A stretch of 63,901 nt of DNA, the filler included, from Choristocarpus tenellus KU-1152 (taxonomy: Eukaryota > Protista > Phaeophyceae): assembly GCA_964200185.2 (NCBI GenBank). It is 11 parts of 11 records of this genome, joined end to end, with 100 filler letters (N's around TTAATTAATTAA, not from the genome) between each part and the next. Parts side by side here need not be neighbours in the genome. Positions count along the whole stretch, not along the records: positions 1 to 5,837 come from CAXNAD020009638.1; positions 5,938 to 8,803 come from CAXNAD020024095.1; positions 8,904 to 17,672 come from CAXNAD020004346.1; 8 more parts are not named here. One strand, given 5' to 3'. Of the stretch, positions 1 through 12,100 are shown one piece after another. Each line of letters opens with the position of its first letter. Position 1 is the first letter of the stretch. Position numbers and translations under genes: made by a program. The notes below the pieces were generated by a model. That model was given only the letters and a program-made list of their open reading frames with translations. It had not been told where the DNA came from and made no database searches.

Positions 1-156
1 GGAGGGGTCTACACCAGGTTGTCCATTCGGACCATGACCAGGAGAAGTGAGCGTACATTATCCACCTGATGCATGCAACCAAATCACCATAAAACCGCGA
101 CATGAAAAATAGACCCTGAATGGACAGTCGCCACCCCCCCCCAGATACTTTGAGCC
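1..156 (+). mobile_element. MITE family A copy, left end cut by window start
   Basis: Matches the full-length family A copies (e.g. 52023-52200); ends in C-tract + AGATACTTTGAGCC. Confidence 0.85.
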
Positions 157-499
157 TGTGATTTATTACAGAACCGATTTCATGAAATGTGCGGTGAGTT
201 GCGTGTAGTGACACATTGTGTCCAAAACAATAGCTCGTGCGTGGTTCTGTGACCTCTGAGTCGTTCAGTAATATTTCTCCTGATATTGCTATGAAAATAA
301 ATAGGATAACCGAAAAATCGAACTTCATTCCAACTAATTGAACTATGTCACGCTTCACAGTACTAGTTCACAAGTCTATTTGTTAGTGTTTACATAACTG
401 TCATTATGTAAGAATGATGACGTCTGAATACCCGCAACATTTGGATCGTTTTTGATTATGCTGACACCCCACCTCGATGAGATGACAACAATTTGAAAA

Positions 500-3100
500 A
501 ACCATAAACGAACGCGCAATATTACGAAAGTAAACATACATATGAGCGGATACCATCTTGAGTTTTCCGAGTCTAATAACAGATCTTCAGCCTACTACGG
601 TGTTGAACACTTGAGACCACTACATTATATCCCAGTTAGGCACGATACTCGAGTCAAAACACTCGCCCGTTTGTGAAATCCAATGCTCCTTAAGAGGAGG
701 TTGTGGTGGTGAGAGCACAGCGTCACAAAGTAGACCGGCGTGGGTATCTGATGTCACACAACCAGCCAAATATATATATATATATATATATATATCAAAG
801 CCTCAGCAAGTACTACTTCAGAGATATTTGAGCAATCAAATCTTCAGCGCAGGTGATACAGCTATGTATGCCATGTACCGAAATCATTTAAGAGGGTAGG
901 GCCGCGTCCGTTCGGGGTCATAAATCCAATGTTGCAATTTTGATTAGTTTCGGCTATCATGTTTGTTAGCAAGTGTCAATATCCTTGCTCCGGATACACC
1001 TTTCATAGTCGTATACATCTATTTCATCTACTTCGAAATGTTTCGGAATAGGGGTAACTGTGTTCACACAGCAAACCGACAAAGGGCATAAAAATCCGCG
1101 GGACGTCAAGCCCTGAACAGACCAACAGGGTAAAATTCCTTCTCCCTTCCATGCTTTAGGTCATGGCTTTGTCACCAAGGACTTGGTTGTACTTCGGAAA
1201 CAACTCCAAGCTTTTTGAACCAAAGTGACTGATTTCTCAGTAGTGATGATATCTGCTTCATTTACTGATACTGCTTCCAACGTAATAATCTAACTTATCA
1301 GTCTGCAAGTATTGCAGACCCCAAGCCTGTATCAACATCATGTCTACGACACTGTTAGGAGGTTGCAGGCACATCCATGTATTCATATCGTCGTCTTTGA
1401 CAAAACAAAATTGTACATCTTTCTTCACCCATGCGCACACATGCCTGAATTCCATAATTGAAGTGGCGTATCACTGAGATCATCTTCTCAGGCACTCCAA
1501 ACTGAGCAAGCTCAATCGGTAACAGGATATCGCCGTCACAGAGTAATCAAATAAATCAAAGTACATGCTTTGTAGGTCAACAGAACACACATGCATAAAC
1601 GACAAGAAAACAGCGCTATATACTTTTCCCAACCAAGCTGCTGGATGGAACGTAGGTTGTATGTACATCATATATATATATATATATACTGTGTAGGTTG
1701 GGGCCGGAAAACGTATTGTTCCTTATTGAGTATATTCCCCTGTTCTAGGTATCTCCCAGTTGTTGTGTAGCAACCCTTAAGAAATACTTCGCCAATGTGT
1801 GCCAAAACGAGATGCTCCTGTCATTACCACAATCTGTCCGACTCTTCTTGTGGAACACTTTGAGGACTGGATCCTTCCAAACCTGCAGCACATGTACCTT
1901 CTGATCCTACACAGTCAGCATAATTTGATACAGAGAATCTGGAGGACAATCTAGTCCTCATTCAGGCTAAAGTTCGGGACCTCAGGAAGAAGATTTGCGT
2001 GGTCCCATCACCTTTACCATGACCCACATTGCATTTAGCCTCTTCCACAAGTAGGAGTGTTGATGTATCAGCGGGTGCCATGCAGATGGATCCTTGATTG
2101 AGACGTTTAGCACTATTATTGGGGTTGAGGTTGACTGCCCTTTAATTTAGGACCGCTTAAAAAAGCGTGTTTTCCCTACTGTTCCGTTACAGGTCCTTGC
2201 TTTCTTAGTATCCAGTTATATTCATTCGTCACAGATGTGTTGGGAGGTTAACTGCTTAGTCCTCTCTACATACACTGTAACCGTTCAGAGGTGTTGATAC
2301 AAGCCAACTTGATCCCCTCAGTGAATAGCAGGAAGTTTTGTTACTGTTACATATATTGAGCACTCTGCTTCAAGAAAGTCCTGTATTGGAGACGCCCTCA
2401 CCCGTTTGATCTGTTGCCAGTCACCTTCAATGCCTTCTTTAAAATAGTATTTGGGGGGCCGATGTTCTTCTGTTGCCATGCCCTTCCTCCCAGGCCTCCA
2501 AGAAGCTTGTTTGAGCTTGGTCACTGGCACACCACCCTCCTGGTAATACACGGAGGTGGCAGCGCTTCTGAAGCAACTTCCAAGAAATAGGTTGTGTGTG
2601 TATGAACTTGATGGGAAAAGGTTCAATTTCCTCGATTGACACGTTCTTCTAATGATCTCTGATTGATATGTCCTTTGAGGACTAAATTGGTGTGGGGTGT
2701 GAGTCCGGACAAATCCTACGAAGAGAAGAACTGACAACGAAGGATACATCAGTTTCAAACATTCATAACTGCATATTATCTCGATACCATGGTAGGGTTC
2801 GTCGATTGGAGAAAGTCGACGAAGGAGGTGAACCGGTATATCGGTATCGATACCGATGCGATACGTTGGGTACGACACTTGACCCCTGAGAACGCTACCA
2901 ATGCAACACAGTAACTGGCTATCACTGAAGAACTCCTCTATGGTAATACTATTCATTAACGAGGACTGCGACGCAAGGTCCAGGGGTATGGAAGGATGCA
3001 CTTATTGGAACACGACAGATATTTCCACTATACTGTCATGCTACTCCAGCAAAAATCGACTGCCGATACAATAATCGAATGATAAGCTGAAGGCACCTAT
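500..3100 (-). mobile_element. Decayed non-LTR retrotransposon (RTE-like LINE) ORF2: endonuclease end, linker, RT and C-terminus
   Basis: Frameshifted minus-strand peptides in LINE order: GGWCASDQAQTSFLEAWEE / ILKKALKVTG / KRVRASPIQDF (linker); WKDPVLKVFHKKSRTDCGNDRSIS and ILNKEQYVFRP (RT start); HVCSVDLQ and AQFGVPEKMISVIRHFNYGIQACVRM; VQKAWSCFR; LAGCVT...HHNLLLRSIGFHKR. Interrupted by a MITE (876-1162) and (TA)n tracts. Boundaries approximate. Confidence 0.8.
876..1162 (+). mobile_element. MITE family B copy inserted in the LINE remnant
   Basis: Degenerate TIRs, family B body (GAGGGTAGGGCCGCGTCC...GGATACACCTTTCATA), TSD ATG/ATG. Confidence 0.8.
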
Positions 3101-3389
3101 CTGTCAACAGGATTCCACGCGAGAGTTCGTACACTGATAGATCCGCGCGCTCTCAGCCTACATGGAACTTCATGAGGCTGAGCGAAACGGCTGAAACGTT
3201 GTAGTATCAGGACCTTGGGATCCTGCAACTCTCATTTTGGCTATGTCGAAAATGAATTGGAATGAGCGTGTAAAAAGTTAGAAGCACGAAGGAAATCGTT
3301 GTCACTCTAGAACTCACACTACAGACGGCGAATCTAGCCGCCGATACTTCGTCATCTGGGAAACTCGCAGTAAGGTGCAAATCAGCGAT

Positions 3390-3749
3390 ATGGGGGCAGG
3401 AGCGAGCAGTCAGGGGTTGACAACGGAGCAAAACCTTTTGGTTTATCAGGTACCATGTCCCTTTCTTCGATGTGGGATCTCCCACCCGAAGATTCAGAGT
3501 GATTACAATGTCGAATTCTCGGATCATCCCAATTGCTCCCTTGTCCAGCGCTTGAGAAGCAAGTATGAGGCCCAGGACGTCAACTGCATGGGAGACGAAG
3601 AGAAGCGCGTCTGGTTGGACATAAGGAATGAGGTAGAGGAGACAGAGAGAATCATTACCTCCACCATGTCTTCGCCTCCAGCAATGACATGTGAGAGCAA
3701 CACCACCGATGACTTTAAGACCTTTAGTCCAAGCTCTGTACCTGGATGA
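3390..3749 (+). CDS. Possible small spliced gene or pseudogene with an N-myristoylation-like start
   Basis: ATG at 3390 gives MGAGASSQ. A GT-AG intron at 3450-3548 gives ...NLLVYQ|RLRSKYEAQD. No recognised domain; downstream structure (to about 4520) is unresolved. Confidence 0.3.
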   Translation: MGAGASSQGLTTEQNLLVYQVPCPFLRCGISHPKIQSDYNVEFSDHPNCSLVQRLRSKYEAQDVNCMGDEEKRVWLDIRNEVEETERIITSTMSSPPAMTCESNTTDDFKTFSPSSVPG

Positions 3750-4549
3750 AGCAAGACATGATCAAGCGTTGAGTAGATGCTCCCGCTCTTGCGGTGCAAG
3801 TGAACATGTCGCAAGGTTAGTTTCACACAACAAACTATACTTCCATAACAGCACACCTGAAAGTCATGAAGATGGTATTTTTTTCCTCTAGTCTGCCATA
3901 AGATCGACGACGAAAGCTGCTATACCTTTGCCTACGCGCAGCTTCCTTGCCATGTGGAGTTAAGAGGGCATCCCGCCTGTCTCTGTCCGTAAGAGAATCA
4001 CAAGAAGAGGACGGAATACCTGCATGGAAGAAATCGGCAACAGAAAAGGAACTGGTCGTGGGGGATATTGTGCGAGTAAGGTGATCGAAAGGGTGCGTGT
4101 ACAACAGAGATCGTTTGGGTCATGCGTTGGCAAGAAATGTTTAGACACACGATATGAGAAGGTGACTTACTCTAGGTGTCCACCCCTTGGAGAAGCGAGA
4201 TTAAAGGCACAAAAGCAGAAAGGACATCGTCCGTGTTCTTGAAGAGTTATATTTAGATACATCTACATACTTTCGAGCATCATTCATACTTTTTCTGTCC
4301 TCCAGCTGTTTTTAGAGTCCTCTTGTCTCTGAGAGATGATTGCCTGAAAGGCTTCAAAAGCTTTGTAATGTGTTCTCAAGAAGTTATGCTGCTTATGTAT
4401 GAGCTGGTAGCGACTACTAGCAGAAACAGCGAAGAGAGACCAAAGACTGTATTGCCATTGGGTGTAACCCCTGAGCAAGCTATGCTCAGGAATATCTACA
4501 TGGAAACTACTCTGAAGTAATGAATATCGGAAAGTAGAAATTACCTCGT

Positions 4550-5490
4550 CTACTGCTCTGTAGTCACCATGCCGTGAACTGCAGAGCAGCTAATTCCTCT
4601 GCTCTGGCATAGTATTGACATTAATGGCTCACGTAATGATAGTTTGGAAATTAAAACCAAGGCTTGTAGTTGGGAAAGGAAGGCCCTTGCCGTTATGTAC
4701 AAATCACTACTTTCCGTTCTTGCAATTAGAGAACCACTTCTCAACAACACGGAATGCTGCTCTTCAAGTTCGTGAGGGCTCCTAAAGTTGCCAACACCTG
4801 GATCTGATTGCACCTAGGGCATGGCAACCTCAGCCTTGCTTCCATTCCCTTGTCAATTGGTTGGGACTTGGAGAGGGTTGAGCACAGTCCTTGTGCAGTG
4901 TTATCGATTTTTTTTTGTGAAGAGTGGACGGTGGCATTCCTACCTCGCCACACATACATTCACAGCAATCTAGGTGGTGTGTTTCTCTGGACTTCCCTTA
5001 TAGCCTTGAGAATCTCATCCAAATTTGATATCCTTGTACCCTAGCTTCCGCTTCCATGCTGGTCCCAGCTCTAAATATGCAGAATACAAATCCATTTCGA
5101 TATCTGAATGATTCCAAGTAGTTGTGACTTTCTTTGTGCTGTTGTCGGACAGCTCATCAACTTCAAGTTGAACCTATTCAGATCCGTTTTTTGTTGGCAC
5201 TGTATCGACTCAGTCATGACAACTCTTCATCTTGGAGTCTTTTTTCCTTTTTCTATCTCCACAACCTTTCCAGACGAGAGCATGTTCTGCAGGCAGTTGG
5301 AAGGCCTCTCACTGGTGCAATAGGGTCTTGGCTCTGTTTCCCCTTACTTCGATCCATGCCTGACAAGCCTTGCGCCACAGTTTTTGATGTTGAGCTGTTT
5401 CCCACACAAGTATTATCATACTACAATGTATTGATAGGCCTGTTTCCTGTCAACATATTCAAAGACAGCGTATCAATTAAATTCTGGTAC
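4550..5490 (-). pseudogene. Degraded coding sequence of unknown identity
   Basis: Acceptor-like TTTCTTTCAG followed by a reading frame broken by scattered TAG/TGA stops (..GLPTACRTCSRLERLWR*KKEKRLQDEELS*LSRY..). No family recognised. Confidence 0.25.
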
Positions 5491-5815
5491 TGAAAGAAAT
5501 TTGAGGTACTATCCACATTGATGCTGTATGTACAAACAGAGGAAATACAATAATATGGAACACATATAACATGCTACTGTCCATGACTACGTACCCTTCC
5601 ATCCCCATAACAGGGACTTCTCTGATGACATGGGTATGTGGTATGAGGGCCTACTGATCGCTGCTCACGAGAATAACACTTATGAGGTGTGGTGCAAACC
5701 TATTCTGTGTTAATGGAATACCGAGGAAAATCATATTTAATGGAGACCCCACAATTAGGAATCCATATATAGGAGCATTCCAAAATCAGGAGCTCTTGCT
5801 CCAGGCTTAACAAAG

Positions 5816-5837
5816 GGGTCAAAGTATCCGGGGGGGG
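5816..5837 (+). mobile_element. MITE family A terminus at contig end
   Basis: GGGTCAAAGTATCC + G-tract running into the gap. Confidence 0.7.
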
Positions 5838-5937
5838 NNNNNNNNNNNNNNNNNNNNNNNNNNNNNNNNNNNNNNNNNNNNTTAATTAATTAANNNNNNN
5901 NNNNNNNNNNNNNNNNNNNNNNNNNNNNNNNNNNNNN
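5838..5937. other. Artificial contig spacer N44-TTAATTAATTAA-N44
   Basis: Identical 100-bp spacer with stops in all six frames. Also at 8804-8903, 17673-17772, 24092-24191, 30161-30260, 35586-35685, 41720-41819, 45706-45805, 50096-50195 and 61180-61279. Confidence 0.98.
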
Positions 5938-6500
5938 ATCAATCACTCTACAGACCCCAAGCAATCTCGTCGAGTTTATCATCTATACCCTCTTTGATGA
6001 TTTTGGGGATACTTTAACACAGGACATAGACATTAAAAAAGGACGCCCAACTCGATGCCCAGCTCTGCCAATTCCTAGTTCGCTGCATTGGCGTCCACAA
6101 AAAAAAAGGGTATGGACAACCTCATGTTGTACATGTACAGAGAAGTCTTTAATAGAACTGGGTGTGAGTGCATTGAGACCAGTATTCGCAAAAAGGAGAT
6201 TGTTATTTGCAGGCTTCATGCTGCGAACGAATATTGTTTCCTTCCCAAGTACCTCATGCTTGGAGAACTTAAACACTACAAAAAAAGGGGGGGGGGAGGG
6301 AGAGAAAGAAAAACAGGTGGTGGTGTCCCCAATATGACCTCAAGGCTCTCGGCTTCACAGCTGATCAGCGGGTTTCTCTTGTGCAAGACAAGAAAAAAGT
6401 GGCACACATGCGTTGAGGATGGAGTGAAATACTTGATGTATGTCTGACATACCGCTAAGATCGAAGCACGTACAGTCCAGCATGCGAAAGTGTCCTTTGT
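5938..6500 (+). mobile_element. 3' end of a decayed RTE-like LINE ORF2
   Basis: TGCECIETSIRK / KRRLLFAGFM / LPKYLMLGELK / WHTCVEDGVKYLM correspond to the C-terminal motif RRL.FAG...R....RLPK..MFGEL of RTE-type LINEs. Confidence 0.75.
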
Positions 6501-6639
6501 CACCAAGCACGTGTGACAATCTTGCTGAGACTCCTCGCTTTTGTTCTTTTCTTCGTTGGAGGGGAAGGGGACTAGGTTCCTTTGCCTGACCTTGGATACT
6601 CTTCACATTGATGGTAGGTTAATGTAACGGTGCTGTAAC

Positions 6640-8400
6640 TAAGCCTAAATACTCTGAACTACACGTGCATATGTGCCCCTTCTTGAACCAGTAGTGGTCC
6701 TTGATGCTCGATCCGATCCCCGAATCGCCTTCTTCTTTCTACTTATGGTGTTTTTCTCTCTGTGGAATTGACTGATGGATTCGGGGGGGGTTGTCACACA
6801 GGTCCTTTTTCGCATTACCTTTTCTGACTTAGGTTCGAGTATACTACATGTTGCTTCCTTCTCCCTCGACAATATCTGTTAAAGTAGCCCCCAACTCATG
6901 TATGGATAGGAGTGACAGACAAAGGGATATTGCCAAATGCTGTAGAGAAGTGACTGTCTTTCTTAAGCGGAGGGGGCGACCATATAACCTTCGAGCACCA
7001 TGATCAACACAGAGTTCATTCATATCCTTCCATTCATATACAAGAACAGACATGAGTTTACCAACTAATAACTCTTGTATGCTGATCTTACATGTATATG
7101 TCGGCACGCTCCCAAAGAGTGTGATGATGCTTTACCAAGAAGAAGAAATGTATATAGAATGTGCTTTATTTAGTTGGCACATGATCAAGTAGCAGTCATA
7201 ACTTGAAGTCGGTGCTACATAATTGCCATCTTTGCAAATCCAGTGCACTCTAAAATGCAGCTGTGCATTGGGCAATTAATGGTAGCATACACGGCCTGAA
7301 ATAGTTCAAAGCGTCACTCTCCTATGTTACAAAACCACTCAAGAACACACTGGAGGATGTTAAACCATGCCACACAATCAGCAACCTGAAAGTAGATATT
7401 ATCTAAATATCCTCCTATCAAATTCTTCAAGGTTGGGGCAAGTCTTTCCATAGCAAATGCCTTTCAGAACTTACCAATGTTGGATGCATAGTCAAAGTAC
7501 CTTAGAGGGTATAGCCGCATCCGTTTGGGGGCCAAAATCCGATGTTACGATTTTGATGTGATTTTGGCTATGGTGTTTGTTAGGAAGTGCCAGTATCCTT
7601 GTTTCGGACACACCTTTTCATAACGTATACGTTTTACCTCTTCCAAAACATTTCGGGGTAGGAAAATGTCACAGAAAGAGACCATGGGAAAGCCAAGCCC
7701 CAAATGGATAAAAAAAAAACATATCAACACTTTATCCCAGTCAATTTTGTTTGGGTCAAGCCCATCCTCAATGAAAAGCTCCATCCTCAATTTTTGAAAT
7801 CGGCTGTTCAATGCCAAACCTGCAACACTGAAGACTAAAATGTATCACACTTTGGACAACGTAACACATTTTTGAGTTTGTGTTAACACTCTGCGTTGAC
7901 ATTCACTAAATGGTGCCGTTTAAATGGTACGTACACGTAACATATTTTGTTCCGTAGATGTATTTTATGTCAAGTACGATTTGGTCTGGAGTGCTACATT
8001 GCTTACCCGTGCGTGGTCAGACCGCAGTGCACACTGCACAATTTCTTCTGCTCTTCGAACCACCTGTTGCACACTACAACTCTTTGCTCTGCCCTGTGCA
8101 TGCCTTGATTTTTTCTCACGAATCGAGTTCAGCTGTCTCACGACTTATCTCTCCGCCTCCTTTATCGAAGCTGCTGGGTATTCCGTTCTTTCACAATTAT
8201 ATTTTCTTTTGTCACCCCTATCCAGATCTTTGCACTGTTTCCTTTTCGTGGTTTAGGGCAATAGAGTAAATACAGATATTTTTTCCCAATGCACTTGCAT
8301 ATATATAATATTTCCTGGGAAAGGAGTGTGACCTCTGAAACTGGAGTTCGAACACCTGGATTCTTCAGGAGGGAAAGAATGCGAACGGACAATCATCTGA
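6640..8400 (-). pseudogene. Degraded long ORF, possibly a DNA transposase remnant, interrupted by a MITE
   Basis: Mostly open minus frames with sparse stops (AMERLAPTLKNLIGGYLDNIYFQVADCVAWFNILQCVLEWF...LFQAVYATINCP). The transposase identity is only a guess. Confidence 0.3.
7489..7712 (+). mobile_element. MITE family B copy, right end truncated
   Basis: TAGTCAAAGTACCTTAGAGGGTA...GTCCGTTTGGGG-like box...CCCAAATGGA; second TIR missing. Confidence 0.85.
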
Positions 8401-8780
8401 GGTATGAGGACAACCTAGTACGTACAATGCATATTTTGCTTTGGTCACGATTTTGGATTAATTTATTAGCTTCGTCTTAGTCTTCTACATCCACTCCACT
8501 CCCCTCAACTGACATCACACCACTCACTCCATATAACACACCATCAAATTATCACTTTGTAACCACATCAACTGTGCGACCACCTTCCGCTTATGATATC
8601 AACACTCAAAGCAGTGTGGGCAATTTCCGGCACTGATATCCAGTTACTAAACAGTGCAACCAGTTTTCGTTGTTATCGGTTTCTAGTCATCAGACAATCC
8701 AGACATCAGCCAGTGCGATATCCCATGACCAACAAATGCAACCAATTTTCGTCACTAGTTTCCAGTCACCAAATAATCCA

Positions 8781-8803
8781 GACCCAAAATATCTGGGGGG
8801 AGG
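8781..8803 (+). mobile_element. MITE family A terminus at contig end
   Basis: GACCCAAAATATCT + G-tract into the gap. Confidence 0.7.
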
Positions 8804-8903
8804 NNNNNNNNNNNNNNNNNNNNNNNNNNNNNNNNNNNNNNNNNNNNTTAATTAATTAANNNNNNNNNNNNNNNNNNNNNNNNNNNNNNNNNNNNNNNNN
8901 NNN

Positions 8904-8934
8904 CCCCCCCCCCCCCTCCCAGATACTTTGGGTC
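8904..8934 (+). mobile_element. MITE family A terminus at contig start
   Basis: C-tract + AGATACTTTGGGTC. Confidence 0.75.
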
Positions 8935-9161
8935 TGGTTCAACCCCAGTGCCGACTGGTTCAATCATACTCATATTTGATTGTTTCTTTTTCTTGGGATG
9001 CCTCTATGAATGATCCAAAGATGCTGAAAAATACAAGTGCGTGTCCATAATAAATATATGGAAAACACGACACAAACCTTTGGAGACCCTATAACTAACT
9101 AATCTGTTGGCTTATCGCCTGTTCTTTGTCTACCATGCCCTACCCCCCATTTCTCCTCCCC

Positions 9162-12100
9162 TCACCTTCTCTTTCTTCCTTTTTCTCCTCCTGGCATGTT
9201 CTTCCCCACAGGAGCCCTGTTCCTCGCCCTGAGGTCCCTCTCTTTGTGGACATGCCGCCTCTCCTCATGATCTCTAGTACCTTGGTGAACGCCGTTCCCA
9301 CCACGAACCCCATCTTGCCCAACCCAGTCATCACCGCTAGCCTTTGAACCTCTACGTTTCAAGCTACTACCCAAGGTAGATGGTCTCCGGTCTATACACT
9401 CTCCGCCTGATAAGGATTGTGGCAATGCCCCCATTAGTGTCTGCCCACTCGCCCTAATATTTTCCCTGTCCCCACCTTCGACTGCACCACCAACCCTTGG
9501 GGAAACCTCGTCACCCCCTCTGTGGCGGGTCCCACTAGTGGGCGTTCCTGTTGGACTTGGAAGCAGGGTTGGCTGCATTGGTGCAGATATCAGCATATGC
9601 CCACGGTTTTGCTGCTTGCTGTCTTTGGATCTGAAGAGTTGAACATGATGAAAGTGAGAGGATGTGGGCATCATTTTGGTTTTGAAAAGGGAAGCAGAGA
9701 CTGGGTGTGGAGTGGAGTGTGGTGTTGGGGAGGGGAATAGGTTCATGGAGCAAAGGTGAAATTGCTCAGGGCGATATATGAGAGAGTTGGATGGAGTGAA
9801 CAGGAAAATCGAGAAGGTGAGGCCAAGCGCCTGACAGAAGTTGGAGGAGACAAGGTGTACTGATTTATAACACACACTGGGGAAGCAAACTACAATGTAC
9901 CGAGTTCATTCTTGTGGACAGGGAAAGAGTGGATAGTCTTGTTTCCAAATATTGATCCTCCTACTTCACCTAGAGCAGCAACGGTCCGTTGCAAAATATG
10001 CACTCTTTCCCACATCTTGAGCTCCCTCTTCAGCATTTCTTAGTGTGCCGGTAAAGCCCCAAGTATCAACGGAGCCAGAGCCCTTCCGATCGCTTCTGTG
10101 GTTTGCCTCAAGAGCCCCTGGTTCATCTTCATCCTCAAAGCTGTGGTGCCTGCTCCCATGTAAAGATTGCTTTCTTTGCACGAGAAAAGTTGTAATCGAT
10201 TTTTGGAAAGTGTGTGCGTTTGTGGAGGTGTGTGGAGGGGAGAGATTAGTAAGGTGGTAAGAACATACGGGGTAGGGTACATGTGAGTATGTGAGGTACT
10301 TGAGATACTCAAGGTACTTGGTGGGGGTTGATATGTCGCATGGAGGATTGATTGCACCCTGTGATATCTTCAGGACTCGTTTTTGCAACACAGCAGATCA
10401 AGTTTTTTCCATCAGAATATCACCCTTTGCCAAAGGATGAATAACTTCAACCTTCTGTCCTATTTTCTAGAGGAAAAAAGGGCATGGTGGTGGCGTGCTT
10501 GCAGCAAAACTCAGCCCCATTACGTAGCACATACTACAGAGTACTGGCATTCTAGATCACTAATAGAATGTAAAGACCAGTCTGGCTTCATAACATGTCC
10601 TCTGGAGTGCTATTATGCTCTATGGTACTCTTTAAGATGTGATGAGCACACAGGTCAACACTACCAAGTCTAGATGACTGCATATCAAAGCATTTAGCAC
10701 AACAGGAGCAACCTAATATTTACTTCTCCTGGAGCAATTGTCTGCTACTGGTCAAAAGTCAACCCAAAAGGTAGCACAGGAGAAACTCTCCAGAAGGTGG
10801 TTCAATATGCTTCCCAGAACTCTTACAAGTGCTGTAGTCATTTCCTGTGGCCTGCTAATGGTGATTGACTCATTTATTATTCTTCACGGCAGTGCAAAGA
10901 GCTCTATCCAATGATGAGATGACCAGTCCACAACATGATTCATGGGGGGTTGGATTTGGTTCTGGCTTGTAGGAATTTGACAAAGACCTCCGAAGATGTT
11001 GAAAAGGATATATGACTTTTCCATTTGTTGGTGTTTCTCCACGCAACTCTCTTCAGACTTTTGTGTGCGAGCTCCATGGTTTCTCAATGAAAAAAATGAG
11101 ATATGTTCAGTATAAGAATATGTATATGCATATGTAACTTCAATGTAAATGTAGTTGTAATTGTATATCCAAAGCTCAAACAACTCTGATGATAGGGATG
11201 ATATGTGTGTCATAGGAATATGCAGTAAGAAAAGTATTGCATTGAAGGTTGTCTCATAGTCAAAGAGAGACAAGGCAAGAGGTAGAGATACTATGGAGGC
11301 TAGAGGTGACAGTTATCACACCTGAGGAGGTCGTTGGAATCAGATATGGTCTTCCTATGAGACTTTGGACGATGACCCTGTCCAAACAGGTTCGCTCCCT
11401 GATTTGCAGGGCTTGCTGCCCGGTTGTTCTGTCAAAATGTGAACCCAGGATGTGGTGACCAGGCGGGAATTATCGGTGTGTGTGTATGTGTGCGTGCACA
11501 CACGTGTAGATGGGCACAACAAGAACCAACCACGCACTTGAACATTTCATTGCATGGCGATTTCTAGCTGACAGGGAGGAGCAATGAGACAGTTGTGGTG
11601 AACTGTGTAGAATCAAGGGGCATGCAATGACATTTGAGACTGTTGACATCCTTACCTTTGAAGGAGTTTTTATCTTGTTCTATTAAAAATGGTGCGGTCA
11701 TGGATAGGGTATGGACAGAGTGGGAAGGTATCGCGTAGGATCTCAAAAAGAGTATAGTGTGTCATCAAGCAGACTGTGGCCGAGACTGTGCAAAATAGTG
11801 ATTGAATGAGATCCCAAGCGTAACACCCACAATCCATACTATACATCAATGTGGGGGATTTCAATACTGAAAGCGCAGGGAAGGTTTCCAGAGTAAATTT
11901 CTTCTATTGGCTCCATATCACATATAGTAACAATGAAATATCAAGAATGAGGGAGGGTATATCCCATTACCTCAATGCGACACGCAGGCTGTTTATTCTA
12001 TTGGTGTACTTCAGCGTGTATGTTTGTGTATGTGCCATATATCCCAAGTCCAAGTCTACGCCTAGGTCTAAGCCAAATCCAAAGCCAAAGCCAAACCAAA

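Noticed and set aside
2318-3001. 227-aa ORF as a novel protein
   Set aside because: It is a chance-open frame across a frameshifted LINE ORF2 remnant.
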